NCBI GenBank assembly: GCA_041489255.1
Contig: JBGPQV010000005.1
Coordinates: forward strand, 32,001 to 96,000
DNA length: 64,000 nt
Origin: Thermoplasmata archaeon
GTDB lineage: Archaea; Thermoplasmatota; Thermoplasmata; RBG-16-68-12; JAFNFQ01
Direction: 5' to 3'
In this document: positions 10,001 to 18,935 of the stretch, piece after piece
Layout of the letters: each line of letters begins with the position of its first letter
Numbering within the stretch: the first letter of the stretch is position 1
Position numbers and translations under genes: made by a program
The notes under the pieces: model-generated
Told to the model about the DNA's origin: nothing
The model's input: only the letters and a program-made list of their open reading frames with translations
Databases searched by the model: none

Positions 10001-12554
10001 GTCCGTCGGCACCCTGACGTCTGCACCGGTTGACTCCGGAATCCAGGGGACGACCTGGGAAACGCTGAACGTGGCATCTAGGGGCTCTACTTCTGCGAAG
10101 GTGGGCGCAACGGTCAGGACCGGCATGCCGCCGTTCTTGGGGGCAATGTGGTCGAGCTATTCCTTCTCCAGTTCCATCCAGCTACAGGTCCAGAGAAACA
10201 GATACCTGCAGTACAGGCTGACCCTCATCTCGCTAACCGGGGAGTGGAGTCCGACCGTCGAAGAGGTCGGCGGCGTGTATTTGCACGATCAGGGTCCGGT
10301 CGCGCAGCCCGCCAGCCCCGCTTTCGGTCAGTGCATAGGCGAAGTCAGGCCGACCTTCCGCTGGGACTATTCCGACTCGGAGGGAGACCCCCAGGGCTAC
10401 TTCTACCTCCAGGTGTCCGATGAGCCTACTTTCACATCGACCCACTATTCCGTCGAGGGGCCGCTGTCAGTCAGTTCCATCCGTCCCTCGCACACACTCG
10501 AGGACGGGATGTGGTTCTGGCGGGTGCAGGCCAGGGACGCCTTCATGATGCTTGGGCCATGGAGCGACGCATCCTACTTCTGCGTTGACACTGCCCAGCC
10601 GAGGACCGAGCTCGAATTCCAGGGTCCGCACCTCGGAACGTCTCCGACGTACATCTCCGGTTCGACTCTGATCTGGCTCAACATGACCGACCCAGGATGC
10701 GGCTATGGCACGACGTGGTTCAAGCTGGACGGCCTGTCTTTGCAGCCTTACACCCACTCGTTCACGCTGCCGGCGGGGCACCACACGATCACCTACAACA
10801 GCACGGACCTCGCGGGGAACCAGGACACGCCGCAATCGCTGGAATTGTGGGTCGACGTCACCGCGCCGACGACGAGCCTCTGGGTGGGATCCCCGCACTA
10901 CACGAGGAACGGGATCCTGTACGTCTCGAGCAGGACGCCGCTGGTGCTCGATTCGACAGATGCTGAGAGCGGTCTGGATGAACCGAATTCATATCAGTAC
11001 GGAATAGACACCGCCGAATCCTGGATCTCCAGCTCTCTTGTCGAGCCGATGTGGCCGGGACCGCACACGCTCTACTATCGGGCGTTGGACCGTGTCGGCA
11101 ACGTGGAGGCGGTGCACGCCGTGCAGGTCTTCGGGGACGATGTCGCGCCCGTGACATCGCTGACAATCAACGGACCGCACACAGGCGGCTCGCCGCTCTA
11201 TGTGACGCCATCGACCACGTTCAACTTCACCGCGACGGATGGCGGTGCAGGCGTCAGCAGCACATTCTACATCCTCGACGGTGTCGGCCCATACGCCTAC
11301 TCCGGCAACTTCTCGATCAGCGCCGGCGGCTTCCACACCCTCGAGTTCTATTCGACGGACAACCTGGAAAACGCGGAGCACCGGCCGATCACGCTCGTCG
11401 AGGTCGATGGTCAGGGCCCCGCCACGAGTCCTGCGATGCTGGGGCCGAGCTATCAGACGATCACGACCACCTATGTGACGTCGAGCACCGCGATGATGCT
11501 CGTGAGTTCGGACGCGAGCAGCGGGCTTGATCGAGTCTACTACAGGATTGACAGCGGCGGATGGACCCAGTACTCGTCGCCGTTCGGATTCAACGGCCCG
11601 GGAGACCACACGCTGTCCTTCTACGGCGTGGACATCCTGGGCAATGTGGAATCCACCAAGGTCATGGATGTGTTCGTTGACGACGCGCCGCCCGAGACGG
11701 CGATTTCGCTGAACGGGCTCACCGTCCAATACGGCGGTCTGACTTACATGGATGCTGGAGCATCGGCGGTCCTCTCGGCCACAGACAACGGGTCAGGCAT
11801 CTTGTTCGTGAGGTACCGCCTCGATGGCGGGAGCTGGAGCATCTACAACCGACCGATTATCCCCGCCACGGCGGGCACACACGTGCTGGAGTTCCAGGCG
11901 ACGGACAACCTAGGACTCGTGGAGCCATCGCAGCTGTTCATGGCGGTTGTCGACACATCACAACCCGTGGCCGACGCGGGTCACGATATCGCGGTGTTCG
12001 CGCCCGCGGAAATCTCGCTCGACGGGCTCGGCTCGACTGACGACACGATGATAGTGAGCTACGAGTGGGTGGCGGAGTCAAATCACAGCGTCGTGCTGAG
12101 CAAGGCGAGGGGCACGGTCCTGATCCAGACCCCGCGGGACTACATGTTCACGCTCAAGGTGCGCGACCCGCTCGGCCGCGTCTCGATCGACAGCATTACG
12201 GTGAAGGTCCTCCGGGATCCGGACTCCGACAAGGACACGCTGCCGGACGTCTGGGAGATCGGCAAATTCGGGAACCTTTCCTATGGGCCGGGCGATGATC
12301 CGGACGGGGACGGTGTCACCAACATCGAGGATTACGGGCGGGAGCAGGGCGGCGCGACGCAGTCTGACCTGGACACCGTGACAACGACCGGGGAATCCCA
12401 AGCTGGAGATGTGATTGTCCTGCTGCTACTTTGTCTCCTCGGCGTGATCACGGGGACCGCTATAACGCAATCGTTCAAAATCAGGAGGCTGAAGAGGCAG
12501 CTGGCGGACCTAGAGGCAGAGAAGAGCATCGAGATCGACGAGGATGGGCGGTGA
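7086..12554 (+). CDS. giant cell-surface protein: three 5-bladed propellers, Fn3/Ig-like repeats, PKD, DxDxDG Ca motifs, C-terminal TM anchor
   Basis: 15 repeats of WD..P.V....G.Y.MWY.G.DG....IG.A.S.DG..W..NP; repeats of GxHTLxFYxxDxxGNxE; DPDSDKDTLPD/DPDGDG; C-terminal TM; ATGA overlap with the upstream gene. Confidence 0.88.
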   Translation: MSVVHDGVGPVRRLLILFAASTLMLSSAILSSSLVAVAQGGTWVQSTRQDFANGTGWNIDLDSDPGNVTLQASTTTWIESQFNPGLRPGPSGSWDDSEFMSPTVLKEDGVYKMWYAGDDSGSGTYRIGYAVSSDGVNWTKPKLGLVDYGGSLNNNIVLGLNSSLPYENASLVPGTIIHGPAKYQMWYSCRGTKWAICYAESGDGLRWYRYFANPVIKPGAIVAGLSSPAVAPSGSGFSMWFAELNSLGHYHMRHAVSFTGDAWSQDVPLRPVGLGESGGWFDGGTLPGTVQRLSGVWQMWYAGLHGSVQSIGFSNSTDGSTWVEAPLNPIQGFGLPGSWDSASLSRPSVILDGRRYRMWFAGFDGTRWAIGTASSALGERPVPPKTNPAIPLGDLESWDSGGMFRPSVLYKDGVYHMWYTGSSSADGSTGFSIGYARSSDGVSWEKPSRNPVLKKSASGWDGSWVGFAWVVWDDSSGGFRMWYTGSDGSSIRIGLASSSDGMSWQKNISNPAAFVGNLSWLNPSDIRCPWVGYEPDRYVMFAGTRTATNVSLARFSSWDGGQTWGSDDQPFLTPVPGTWADSSVSCPTLYKNETGQSREMWFEGSSGMDILGRGGIGHLVSDDSGKTYGLDARNPVLSASRSWDSAGIGGPAVVGDGSSYRMWFHGGDGGLTRIGSAVSSDGQGWHEMFVLPPLYSSRGATGVSAPTVFDDAGSLSMYLAENYSGMWQIRAASYSEAMERWFYSPVIISGSGSWDSGGRKPLAAIKDGSTFKLWYAGLDASGRWSIGLADSQLIGDLQAYPGNPIFTPGPPLSWDSEGIDGASVVHPGLSHEYEMWYSGFDGVTWRIGYAFSSDGKVWTKPLGYPILYPSSGVSWDCAGVSSPRVIIEGGLYHMFYSGYDGSVWSLGHAFSENGFSWVRSKYNPILGGESSAEDPANVRDSSVLRADSGYEIWFSDSVRENSAIGYAQSQSLSVGTLTSAPVDSGIQGTTWETLNVASRGSTSAKVGATVRTGMPPFLGAMWSSYSFSSSIQLQVQRNRYLQYRLTLISLTGEWSPTVEEVGGVYLHDQGPVAQPASPAFGQCIGEVRPTFRWDYSDSEGDPQGYFYLQVSDEPTFTSTHYSVEGPLSVSSIRPSHTLEDGMWFWRVQARDAFMMLGPWSDASYFCVDTAQPRTELEFQGPHLGTSPTYISGSTLIWLNMTDPGCGYGTTWFKLDGLSLQPYTHSFTLPAGHHTITYNSTDLAGNQDTPQSLELWVDVTAPTTSLWVGSPHYTRNGILYVSSRTPLVLDSTDAESGLDEPNSYQYGIDTAESWISSSLVEPMWPGPHTLYYRALDRVGNVEAVHAVQVFGDDVAPVTSLTINGPHTGGSPLYVTPSTTFNFTATDGGAGVSSTFYILDGVGPYAYSGNFSISAGGFHTLEFYSTDNLENAEHRPITLVEVDGQGPATSPAMLGPSYQTITTTYVTSSTAMMLVSSDASSGLDRVYYRIDSGGWTQYSSPFGFNGPGDHTLSFYGVDILGNVESTKVMDVFVDDAPPETAISLNGLTVQYGGLTYMDAGASAVLSATDNGSGILFVRYRLDGGSWSIYNRPIIPATAGTHVLEFQATDNLGLVEPSQLFMAVVDTSQPVADAGHDIAVFAPAEISLDGLGSTDDTMIVSYEWVAESNHSVVLSKARGTVLIQTPRDYMFTLKVRDPLGRVSIDSITVKVLRDPDSDKDTLPDVWEIGKFGNLSYGPGDDPDGDGVTNIEDYGREQGGATQSDLDTVTTTGESQAGDVIVLLLLCLLGVITGTAITQSFKIRRLKRQLADLEAEKSIEIDEDGR

Positions 12555-12560
12555 AAAAAC

Positions 12561-13046
12561 TTGCAGGTTCCGCTCGCGGTGATTGAGGAAAGGCGAAAGA
12601 AACCTCGCCTTCTCCTGATTATCTTGGTTGTCATAATCATGACGATAATCGCCTCGACGGCGACCTGGATAATCCTGGGGGAGCTGTCGAAGGTCAGATA
12701 CATCACCTACACGTATACCGTCGGCGTGAGCGCGCCGGGGAACATGGCCTACTATCTGCTTCTGCCTTCCATTGTCGATGTGAACGGCAATGTTACACCG
12801 ATCATGGGGGATTTCGCAGTCGTAACAGGAGACGGGATGTTTGAACTGACGGACACTCAATTCGGCAAAGCAGTCAACCTGTCTGGCCAGGGACACATCG
12901 TCGCGGACGGTGGCATGAAGCGAGCGCTGGATGGCGACTTCCCCCCTTTGAATAGATCCCGCCATCCAAACGGAGACATGGACTTCGATTCGTGGACAGG
13001 CTCCGATCCCAATCCCGAAGACATCGATTTCGATCCTTGGGTTTGA
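12561..13046 (+). CDS. hypothetical protein with N-terminal membrane anchor (possibly truncated)
   Basis: RRKKPR followed by a TM helix; TTG start. Confidence 0.55.
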   Translation: MQVPLAVIEERRKKPRLLLIILVVIIMTIIASTATWIILGELSKVRYITYTYTVGVSAPGNMAYYLLLPSIVDVNGNVTPIMGDFAVVTGDGMFELTDTQFGKAVNLSGQGHIVADGGMKRALDGDFPPLNRSRHPNGDMDFDSWTGSDPNPEDIDFDPWV

Positions 13047-13051
13047 CGACG

Positions 13052-13906
13052 ATGGAAAGAGAGAAACGCCGCGATGAAATGAACCGCAAGACGGCCTTCA
13101 AAGTGACCGCTCTAGCGATAGCAATCATCCTCTTGGCGATTTCCGGATACTTGCTCCTCATGCCCGCAACTCCGCGCGAGGATTGCATGAAGGTATCCAG
13201 ATTCGACTTGTCGTACATCATGTCAGACGCAAACTTGGGAAAGAGATACTGCATCAACGATGAGGTCGTTTCATCTGAAACGACGACGACTCCTGAAATA
13301 ACGTATGATCCAACGAATGACACCTATATCGTTTGGAATTCCACAAGGACATACTCGGTGATTTTGTTCAATTCCACGAATCTTCCCCTATATTTCTTGG
13401 GCAATCGCACTCAGGAGTTCCAAGAAGGAGCGGACGTCACATTCTATCTGGAAGACAAGAGGTATGAGCATTTTGGATTCGAGAAGGTCATGGTTGAGCC
13501 AGAGTATGTGCTGAGCGTTCTTCTGAGAGGCTACTATCAAGGAGCAATAGGACACGGATTGTATCGACCCATTGAGACCGAAGCCAACTCAACCGCGACT
13601 CTACTGAAGCTCAACATAACAGCCGTCCACGACTCATATCCATTGCCGCTGAACTGGAGCGATATCCAGCTGCTCTATCGCAGCGGCTACATTGGCGTGA
13701 CTCCGAATTTCCAAGTCAGAATCGAAGATCAGATAGGTTCTCTGCTAGGGACTCTTCAAGTCCTTTCCGGACATAGTGAGAATCCGAATCTAAATCTCCA
13801 GGTCTCTGTCGGCCAGGTCCTTGTAATTCCTCTAGACACCGGCATTGTGTTTGACCGCATAGAGGTCGAAAGCAATACATGGTTACTCAATCGTATCCAC
13901 GTCTAG
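13052..13906 (+). CDS. hypothetical exported protein, lower GC
   Basis: N-terminal TM, many N-x-S/T sequons; ATG at 13052 or 13079. Confidence 0.7.
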   Translation: MEREKRRDEMNRKTAFKVTALAIAIILLAISGYLLLMPATPREDCMKVSRFDLSYIMSDANLGKRYCINDEVVSSETTTTPEITYDPTNDTYIVWNSTRTYSVILFNSTNLPLYFLGNRTQEFQEGADVTFYLEDKRYEHFGFEKVMVEPEYVLSVLLRGYYQGAIGHGLYRPIETEANSTATLLKLNITAVHDSYPLPLNWSDIQLLYRSGYIGVTPNFQVRIEDQIGSLLGTLQVLSGHSENPNLNLQVSVGQVLVIPLDTGIVFDRIEVESNTWLLNRIHV

Positions 13907-14027
13907 AGGAATCAGTAGGAAGTGGCGACCACCAGGTTGTCGAGAAAGCGGCGGGCTTGGCGAACATCGATCAACTCGAAGAGTGGATGCGGGCTCACCC
14001 ACCGTGGCATCGATGAGCCTGATTAGC

Positions 14028-15215
14028 CTAATGGTTAGAGCGCTTGGCGTTCTGCTTCAACGCAGCCCTGAAGTCCTCGATTAGATCAGCACTGGCCTCC
14101 AGCCCGACGCTGACCCTGATCAGCCCCTCGTCGATCCCCGCCAGCTTCCTCTCCTGTGGAGTCAGCGTGCCGTGGGTCATGCTCGCCGCGTGCTCGACCA
14201 GAGTCTCGACCCCGCCAGCGCTCACCGCCAGACTCGCCAGGCGGACGCCCTCGGCGAACCGCACCGCCGGCTTGTACCCGCCCTTGACCTGGAATGCCAA
14301 CATCCCGCCGAAGCCCTTCATCTGCCTCCTCGCGAGCCTGTGCTGCGGGAACGACCTCAGGCCGGGATAGTGCACGCGCGACACCGCCTTGTGCCCCTCA
14401 AGGAACTCGGCGAGCGCCATCGCGGTCTCGTTCTGCCTCTTCACGCGCAGGGGCAGCGTCTTGATGCCGCGGCGGACCAGGAACGCCTCGAACGGTCCTA
14501 TGGAGGGACCGAGCATCTTGTACACTTTCCATATCTTCTTGAACGTCTCCTCGTCCTTCGTGATCACCGCACCCGCGATGACGTCGGTGTGCCCGCCAAG
14601 GTACTTCGTCGCGGAGTGAACGACGACCTCCGCCCCGAGGTCCAGCGGCCTCTGGTTCACCGGCGTCGCGAAGGTGTTGTCGACGACGAGGGGCGCTCCG
14701 ACCTTCTCCGCCGCCTCGGCCGCTTCTCTGAGATCAGTCAGCTCCATCGTCGGATTGGCGGGAGACTCCACGTAGACCATGCAGGTGTCGCGGTTCACCG
14801 CCTTGAGGAACGCGCCTTCGACTGTTGTGTCGAGGAACTTCGTCTTGACCTTGAACTGCGGGAGGTACCGCGCGAGCATCTCCGTCGTCGCGCTGTATAG
14901 GCTCTTCCCCGCCACGACGTTCTTGCCGGGCCTGACGAAGGTGAGGACCGTGGACGAGACAGCCCCCATGCCGCTCCCCGTTGCTATGGCGTGAGAACCG
15001 CCCTCGATCTTCGCGAGCGCGAGCTCCAGGTCCCTGGTCGTGGGGTTGCCCCAGCGCGTGTAGAACTCCGGCGGGGCGGTTGAGAGGGAGAAATCGGCGC
15101 CCTGCTTGGCGTCCTTGAGCCTCCAGGTCGACGACATGAAGATCGGCTCGACCATCGGCCCGTGCCCCTTCTTCCTGACTGGATGGATGGCGATAGTCTC
15201 GATGTCTTCTGACAT
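14028..15215 (-). CDS. PLP-dependent Cys/Met metabolism enzyme (cystathionine gamma-lyase/synthase or methionine gamma-lyase family)
   Basis: YTRWGNPT, SGMGA, ESPANP, VDNTFATP, HSATKYLGGH (PLP Lys), GFGGML, RVSVGLE. Confidence 0.93.
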   Translation of the reverse strand: MSEDIETIAIHPVRKKGHGPMVEPIFMSSTWRLKDAKQGADFSLSTAPPEFYTRWGNPTTRDLELALAKIEGGSHAIATGSGMGAVSSTVLTFVRPGKNVVAGKSLYSATTEMLARYLPQFKVKTKFLDTTVEGAFLKAVNRDTCMVYVESPANPTMELTDLREAAEAAEKVGAPLVVDNTFATPVNQRPLDLGAEVVVHSATKYLGGHTDVIAGAVITKDEETFKKIWKVYKMLGPSIGPFEAFLVRRGIKTLPLRVKRQNETAMALAEFLEGHKAVSRVHYPGLRSFPQHRLARRQMKGFGGMLAFQVKGGYKPAVRFAEGVRLASLAVSAGGVETLVEHAASMTHGTLTPQERKLAGIDEGLIRVSVGLEASADLIEDFRAALKQNAKRSNH

Positions 15216-15337
15216 GGGTGCCGTGATGGAGGCCTCGCCTGAAATAGGTTTCCCGACGCACCGGGGAATACTCCAATGGTATGGTCATGGTAGGTTCAAG
15301 GCAATGCTTTTAGGGCAGCGGCGTCTTTTGAGAAAAC

Positions 15338-16195
15338 GTGGCCGACGAATCATGGAAAGCAGTCGCCGCTACGACCATCGTCATCATAGTCATCATCATA
15401 ATTTACTTCGAGCTGAGGTTCCTCAGACGGAAGCGCATGGCGAAGGCGGACACGGCCGGCATCGCTGACGAAGCTCATAACGCCGTGATCACGACGAAGG
15501 CCATCGCGTCCGCGCTGGAGCGCAGCGGGATCCGGAGCCTCGAGGCGAGGGAGTTGATACGCAGGGCGGAAATGGCACGCGCGTCAGGCGACAACAGGGC
15601 CACGCTGGATAATCTGGCAAACGCCAAGGAAGTCATGTTGCAGGAGAAGAAGCGGCATAAGGAGATCGGCGACCTCGCGAAGCTGCCGAAGACTGTGGCG
15701 GCCCCTGCGGTCCCGGAGGAGACGACGAAGGAGAAGCTGCAGAAGGAGCTGCCGAAGAACTACCTGCAGGCCAAGTTCATGCTCGGTTTCGCGCAGAAGG
15801 CGATCGACGAGCGTTTGAGCGAGGGCGGGGAGGTGAGCGAGGCGACCAAGCTCCTCGCGATCGCCCAAAAGGAGTTCGACGGAAAGGACTACGACGCCTC
15901 GCTGAAGCACGGGGTTCAGGCGAGGAGGGCGGCGGAGGAGCTGATAATCGAGATCAAGGACACGAGGTCGGTGGCACCAGTATCAGTCACCACGCCGGGG
16001 ACGACTTTGCCACCTGGAGTCGAGATCAGCGTATCCACGCTCAGGTGCAGGAGCTGCGGCGCCGACCTGAAAATCGACGACACGTTCTGCCGGAAATGCG
16101 GGGTGAAGGTCGAGCTGGCGGTGTGCCCGTCGTGCGGGACAAAGCCGACGACGGGAGACGCGTTCTGCAGGAAATGTGGAGTCGCGCTCGGCTAG
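15338..16195 (+). CDS. membrane-anchored helical protein with C-terminal double zinc ribbon
   Basis: N-terminal TM; CRSCG...FCRKCG...CPSCG...FCRKCG. Confidence 0.85.
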   Translation: MADESWKAVAATTIVIIVIIIIYFELRFLRRKRMAKADTAGIADEAHNAVITTKAIASALERSGIRSLEARELIRRAEMARASGDNRATLDNLANAKEVMLQEKKRHKEIGDLAKLPKTVAAPAVPEETTKEKLQKELPKNYLQAKFMLGFAQKAIDERLSEGGEVSEATKLLAIAQKEFDGKDYDASLKHGVQARRAAEELIIEIKDTRSVAPVSVTTPGTTLPPGVEISVSTLRCRSCGADLKIDDTFCRKCGVKVELAVCPSCGTKPTTGDAFCRKCGVALG

Positions 16196-16231
16196 GCCCA
16201 TCCCGGAAAACCGTTAAGTAACCGCCGGGCG

Positions 16232-17302
16232 ATGCGCTGGCGGGTTCTAGGATTGGGACGTGTTCTCAAGGGAGTGCCCCGTCTCGATTATGACGGACAG
16301 TTCCTGACGCCGATAGGGGCGCTCACTGCGGTGCTGCAATCATTGGGGCTCCACACCAGCTACGATCAGCTGATGTTCCTCGGCGGCGGGGCCTTCAGGA
16401 TCAGCTGGAGCCGGGATTGGCTCGCGGAGAGCGCCGTGGCGTGCAGCGAGGACATCGTTGCGAACGCGGCGGCTTCGCAGGGCTTCGTGGCGGAGACGCG
16501 CATGCACGGCGACCCGGAATCAGCTTGGACGAGAATCAGGGAATCAATTGACGCGGGAATCTCTCTCCTGACCAGCGGCATCCAGTCGCCACTAGAATGG
16601 GCGGCAATCATTGGATATGAAGAGGACCCGAGAAGGCTCGTTCTGAGGAGCTATTCCGATTCTACTCCAGAGCCAAGTGTCAGGCAGTTCGAGGCCTGGG
16701 AGGGCTGGACATACCAGGGAGAAGGCAAGATCCCGCTGACGACCCTGAGGAGGGTCGGGAAGGTCGTGGAGGAGGACCGGGCGGTCCCCGCCGCGCTCGA
16801 AAGGGCGATGAGGTTCGCCTTGGAGGGTGAGTTCACGTTCGGCGGTGGGAGCACGGGCCCGCAATCTTTCTATTCAGGCGCGAAGGCCTACTCCGAGCTG
16901 GTGGAGGACATTCCCGCGATTTCCGAGGGTGTCAAGGCCGAAATCCTCGGCGAACGAGTCCGTGTGTTGAACCTGGTCTTGCGAGCCGTCATCGACGCGC
17001 GCGAGGCCGCGGTGGACTATCTCGAGGTCATCAAGCGGCGGGGGGCGAAGAACCAGATCTACGACGCGACAGTGGCGGTGGACAGGTACGCCAGGGAGGT
17101 CCGGGCGCTCGAAGGCGCCTTGGGGGAGTTGCCATGGCCCTCTGAAGAACCCCTCGCGGATGCTTCAAGGGAGGCCGCCGCGGCGGCTGGAGACAAGGCG
17201 AGGCGGGAAAGATGCGCTGCCAGCATCGAGAGGGCGATGGAGGAGGAGGGCAAGGCGGTGGCCGCCCTTTCCCGCGTCCTGAGGCTCTTCCCCCGATTCT
17301 GA
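16232..17302 (+). CDS. hypothetical protein (BtrH N-terminal-like)
   Basis: Long ORF with host-like codon use; YDQLMFLGGGAFRISW segment; TATA-like element ~20 nt upstream. Confidence 0.65.
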   Translation: MRWRVLGLGRVLKGVPRLDYDGQFLTPIGALTAVLQSLGLHTSYDQLMFLGGGAFRISWSRDWLAESAVACSEDIVANAAASQGFVAETRMHGDPESAWTRIRESIDAGISLLTSGIQSPLEWAAIIGYEEDPRRLVLRSYSDSTPEPSVRQFEAWEGWTYQGEGKIPLTTLRRVGKVVEEDRAVPAALERAMRFALEGEFTFGGGSTGPQSFYSGAKAYSELVEDIPAISEGVKAEILGERVRVLNLVLRAVIDAREAAVDYLEVIKRRGAKNQIYDATVAVDRYAREVRALEGALGELPWPSEEPLADASREAAAAAGDKARRERCAASIERAMEEEGKAVAALSRVLRLFPRF

Positions 17303-17330
17303 TATAGAAACCTTAAAAACGAGGCGCTCA

Positions 17331-17663
17331 ATGCCTTCCGCGATGGTTGCGACGGAGGACATCGAAGCCGACTTGGAGAAATACTACGGCGAGGAGCAGG
17401 TGACCGCGGTCATCGCCCTCAAGGTGGACACCAAGGAGGCCGACAGGATCGCGGCGAGGGTCGCGGAGTTCCCCTCCATGCAGGATGTCTTCCTGGTGAC
17501 CGGCGACACGGATATAGTGGCGAAGGCCCGATTCGCAAACTATAAGGAGATGAAGGCGTTCGTGCTTCAGTCCCTCATGCCCATACGGGGCGTGAAGGAC
17601 GCTAGGACGCTCATGGTAGTGACCGCCTACAAAGAGGGCGGAATATCTAAGGAGATAGGGTAG
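17331..17663 (+). CDS. Lrp/AsnC ligand-binding (RAM) domain protein without HTH
   Basis: VFLVTGDTDIVAK...GVKDARTLMV. Confidence 0.85.
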   Translation: MPSAMVATEDIEADLEKYYGEEQVTAVIALKVDTKEADRIAARVAEFPSMQDVFLVTGDTDIVAKARFANYKEMKAFVLQSLMPIRGVKDARTLMVVTAYKEGGISKEIG

Positions 17664-17693
17664 GACAGATGGTCTTGGACAGGTGGTGGCAAG

Positions 17694-17945
17694 ATGAGTA
17701 CCGAGGACAGAATCAAGCAGATTATCGAAGTCCTCGATCAGCTTGCGGAGGACACGACCGTCCCGCGTAATATCCGAAGGGGAGCGAATGACGCGAAGAC
17801 CTACCTCCTGAAGACCGATGCATTGGACGTGAGGGTCGCGTCCGCCATAATGATCCTGGACGAGCTTGCGAACGACCCGAACATACCCCTCCACGGCAGG
17901 ACGCAGATCTGGAACCTGATCTCCCAGCTAGAGACGGTGAAGTGA
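17694..17945 (+). CDS. UPF0147 family protein
   Basis: [10 protein letters not shown] and [20 protein letters not shown] motifs. Confidence 0.92.
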   Translation: MSTEDRIKQIIEVLDQLAEDTTVPRNIRRGANDAKTYLLKTDALDVRVASAIMILDELANDPNIPLHGRTQIWNLISQLETVK

Positions 17946-18008
17946 AGCGGGAATCGCGTCTCGTTGGGCGGATTCATCCCCTGTCATCCGCGATGCCAAG
18001 GAACAGAT

Positions 18009-18935
18009 TCATTCCAGTTCTTCTTCCCTCATCTTCTTCAGCAGCGATGCCTTCTGTAAGATTCTCTTGGCCTTGTTTGCGTCGCCCAAGGCTTCAGCCA
18101 GCTGCTCGACACTTGCGCCGCCGATGGCCTCGATACCGTCGTATCCCGCCTCCACCAGCTTGTCGACTATCTTCGCAGACGCCGAGAGGTCTATCCTCAG
18201 GGATTTCTTTCTTGTCTCTAGATCTTTCCGCTGCCTCGTGTTCTCCTCGCTCGTTATGACGCCGTCCTTTATCGTGTACGTGCGGTCGCACATCATCGCC
18301 GCGGTCTCGGAATGCGTGACCAGAATCACGGTGGTCCTCCTCTCCCTGCTCAGCTTGTGCATCAGGTTGATTATCGCTTCCCCGGTCTTGGAGTCAAGGT
18401 TACCCGTCGGCTCGTCAGCCAGGATCATGGCCGGTTCGTTGGCCAATGCCCTGGCGATGGCGACCCGCTGCGCCTCTCCCCCGCTCAGCTTGAGGGGCTT
18501 GTAGTTCGCCCTCTTCGTCATGCCGACGGCGTCAAGGAGACCCGAAGCCCTCTCTCTCCGCTTCTTCTTGGGCACCTTGAGCGCCTCCATCGGCAGCTCC
18601 ACGTTCTCCATCGTGGTCAGGTTGGGTATGAGGTTGAACGTCTGGAAGACGAACCCGATAGTCCTCGCCCGGTATTCCGTGAGGTCGCTCTCTCTCATCT
18701 TTGAGATGTCCTTCCCGTTGACGTTGACCTCGCCCGAGGTGGGGAGATCCAGGGCACCGACCATTTGCAGCAGGGTCGTCTTCCCGCTGCCGCTGGGCCC
18801 CTTGATGGCGACCATCTGCCCTCTCTTCACCGTCATGTTCACGCCCTGCAGGGCGGCGACCTTCTCTCCCTTGCCCTTGACGTCATAGACCTTCATGACG
18901 TCCTTCAGGATCACGACATTCTCGCCGTCACTCAT
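18009..18935 (-). CDS. MacB/LolD-type ABC ATPase with C-terminal helix-hairpin-helix-like domain
   Basis: [32 protein letters not shown]; tail [25 protein letters not shown]. Confidence 0.92.
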   Translation of the reverse strand: MSDGENVVILKDVMKVYDVKGKGEKVAALQGVNMTVKRGQMVAIKGPSGSGKTTLLQMVGALDLPTSGEVNVNGKDISKMRESDLTEYRARTIGFVFQTFNLIPNLTTMENVELPMEALKVPKKKRRERASGLLDAVGMTKRANYKPLKLSGGEAQRVAIARALANEPAMILADEPTGNLDSKTGEAIINLMHKLSRERRTTVILVTHSETAAMMCDRTYTIKDGVITSEENTRQRKDLETRKKSLRIDLSASAKIVDKLVEAGYDGIEAIGGASVEQLAEALGDANKAKRILQKASLLKKMREEELE

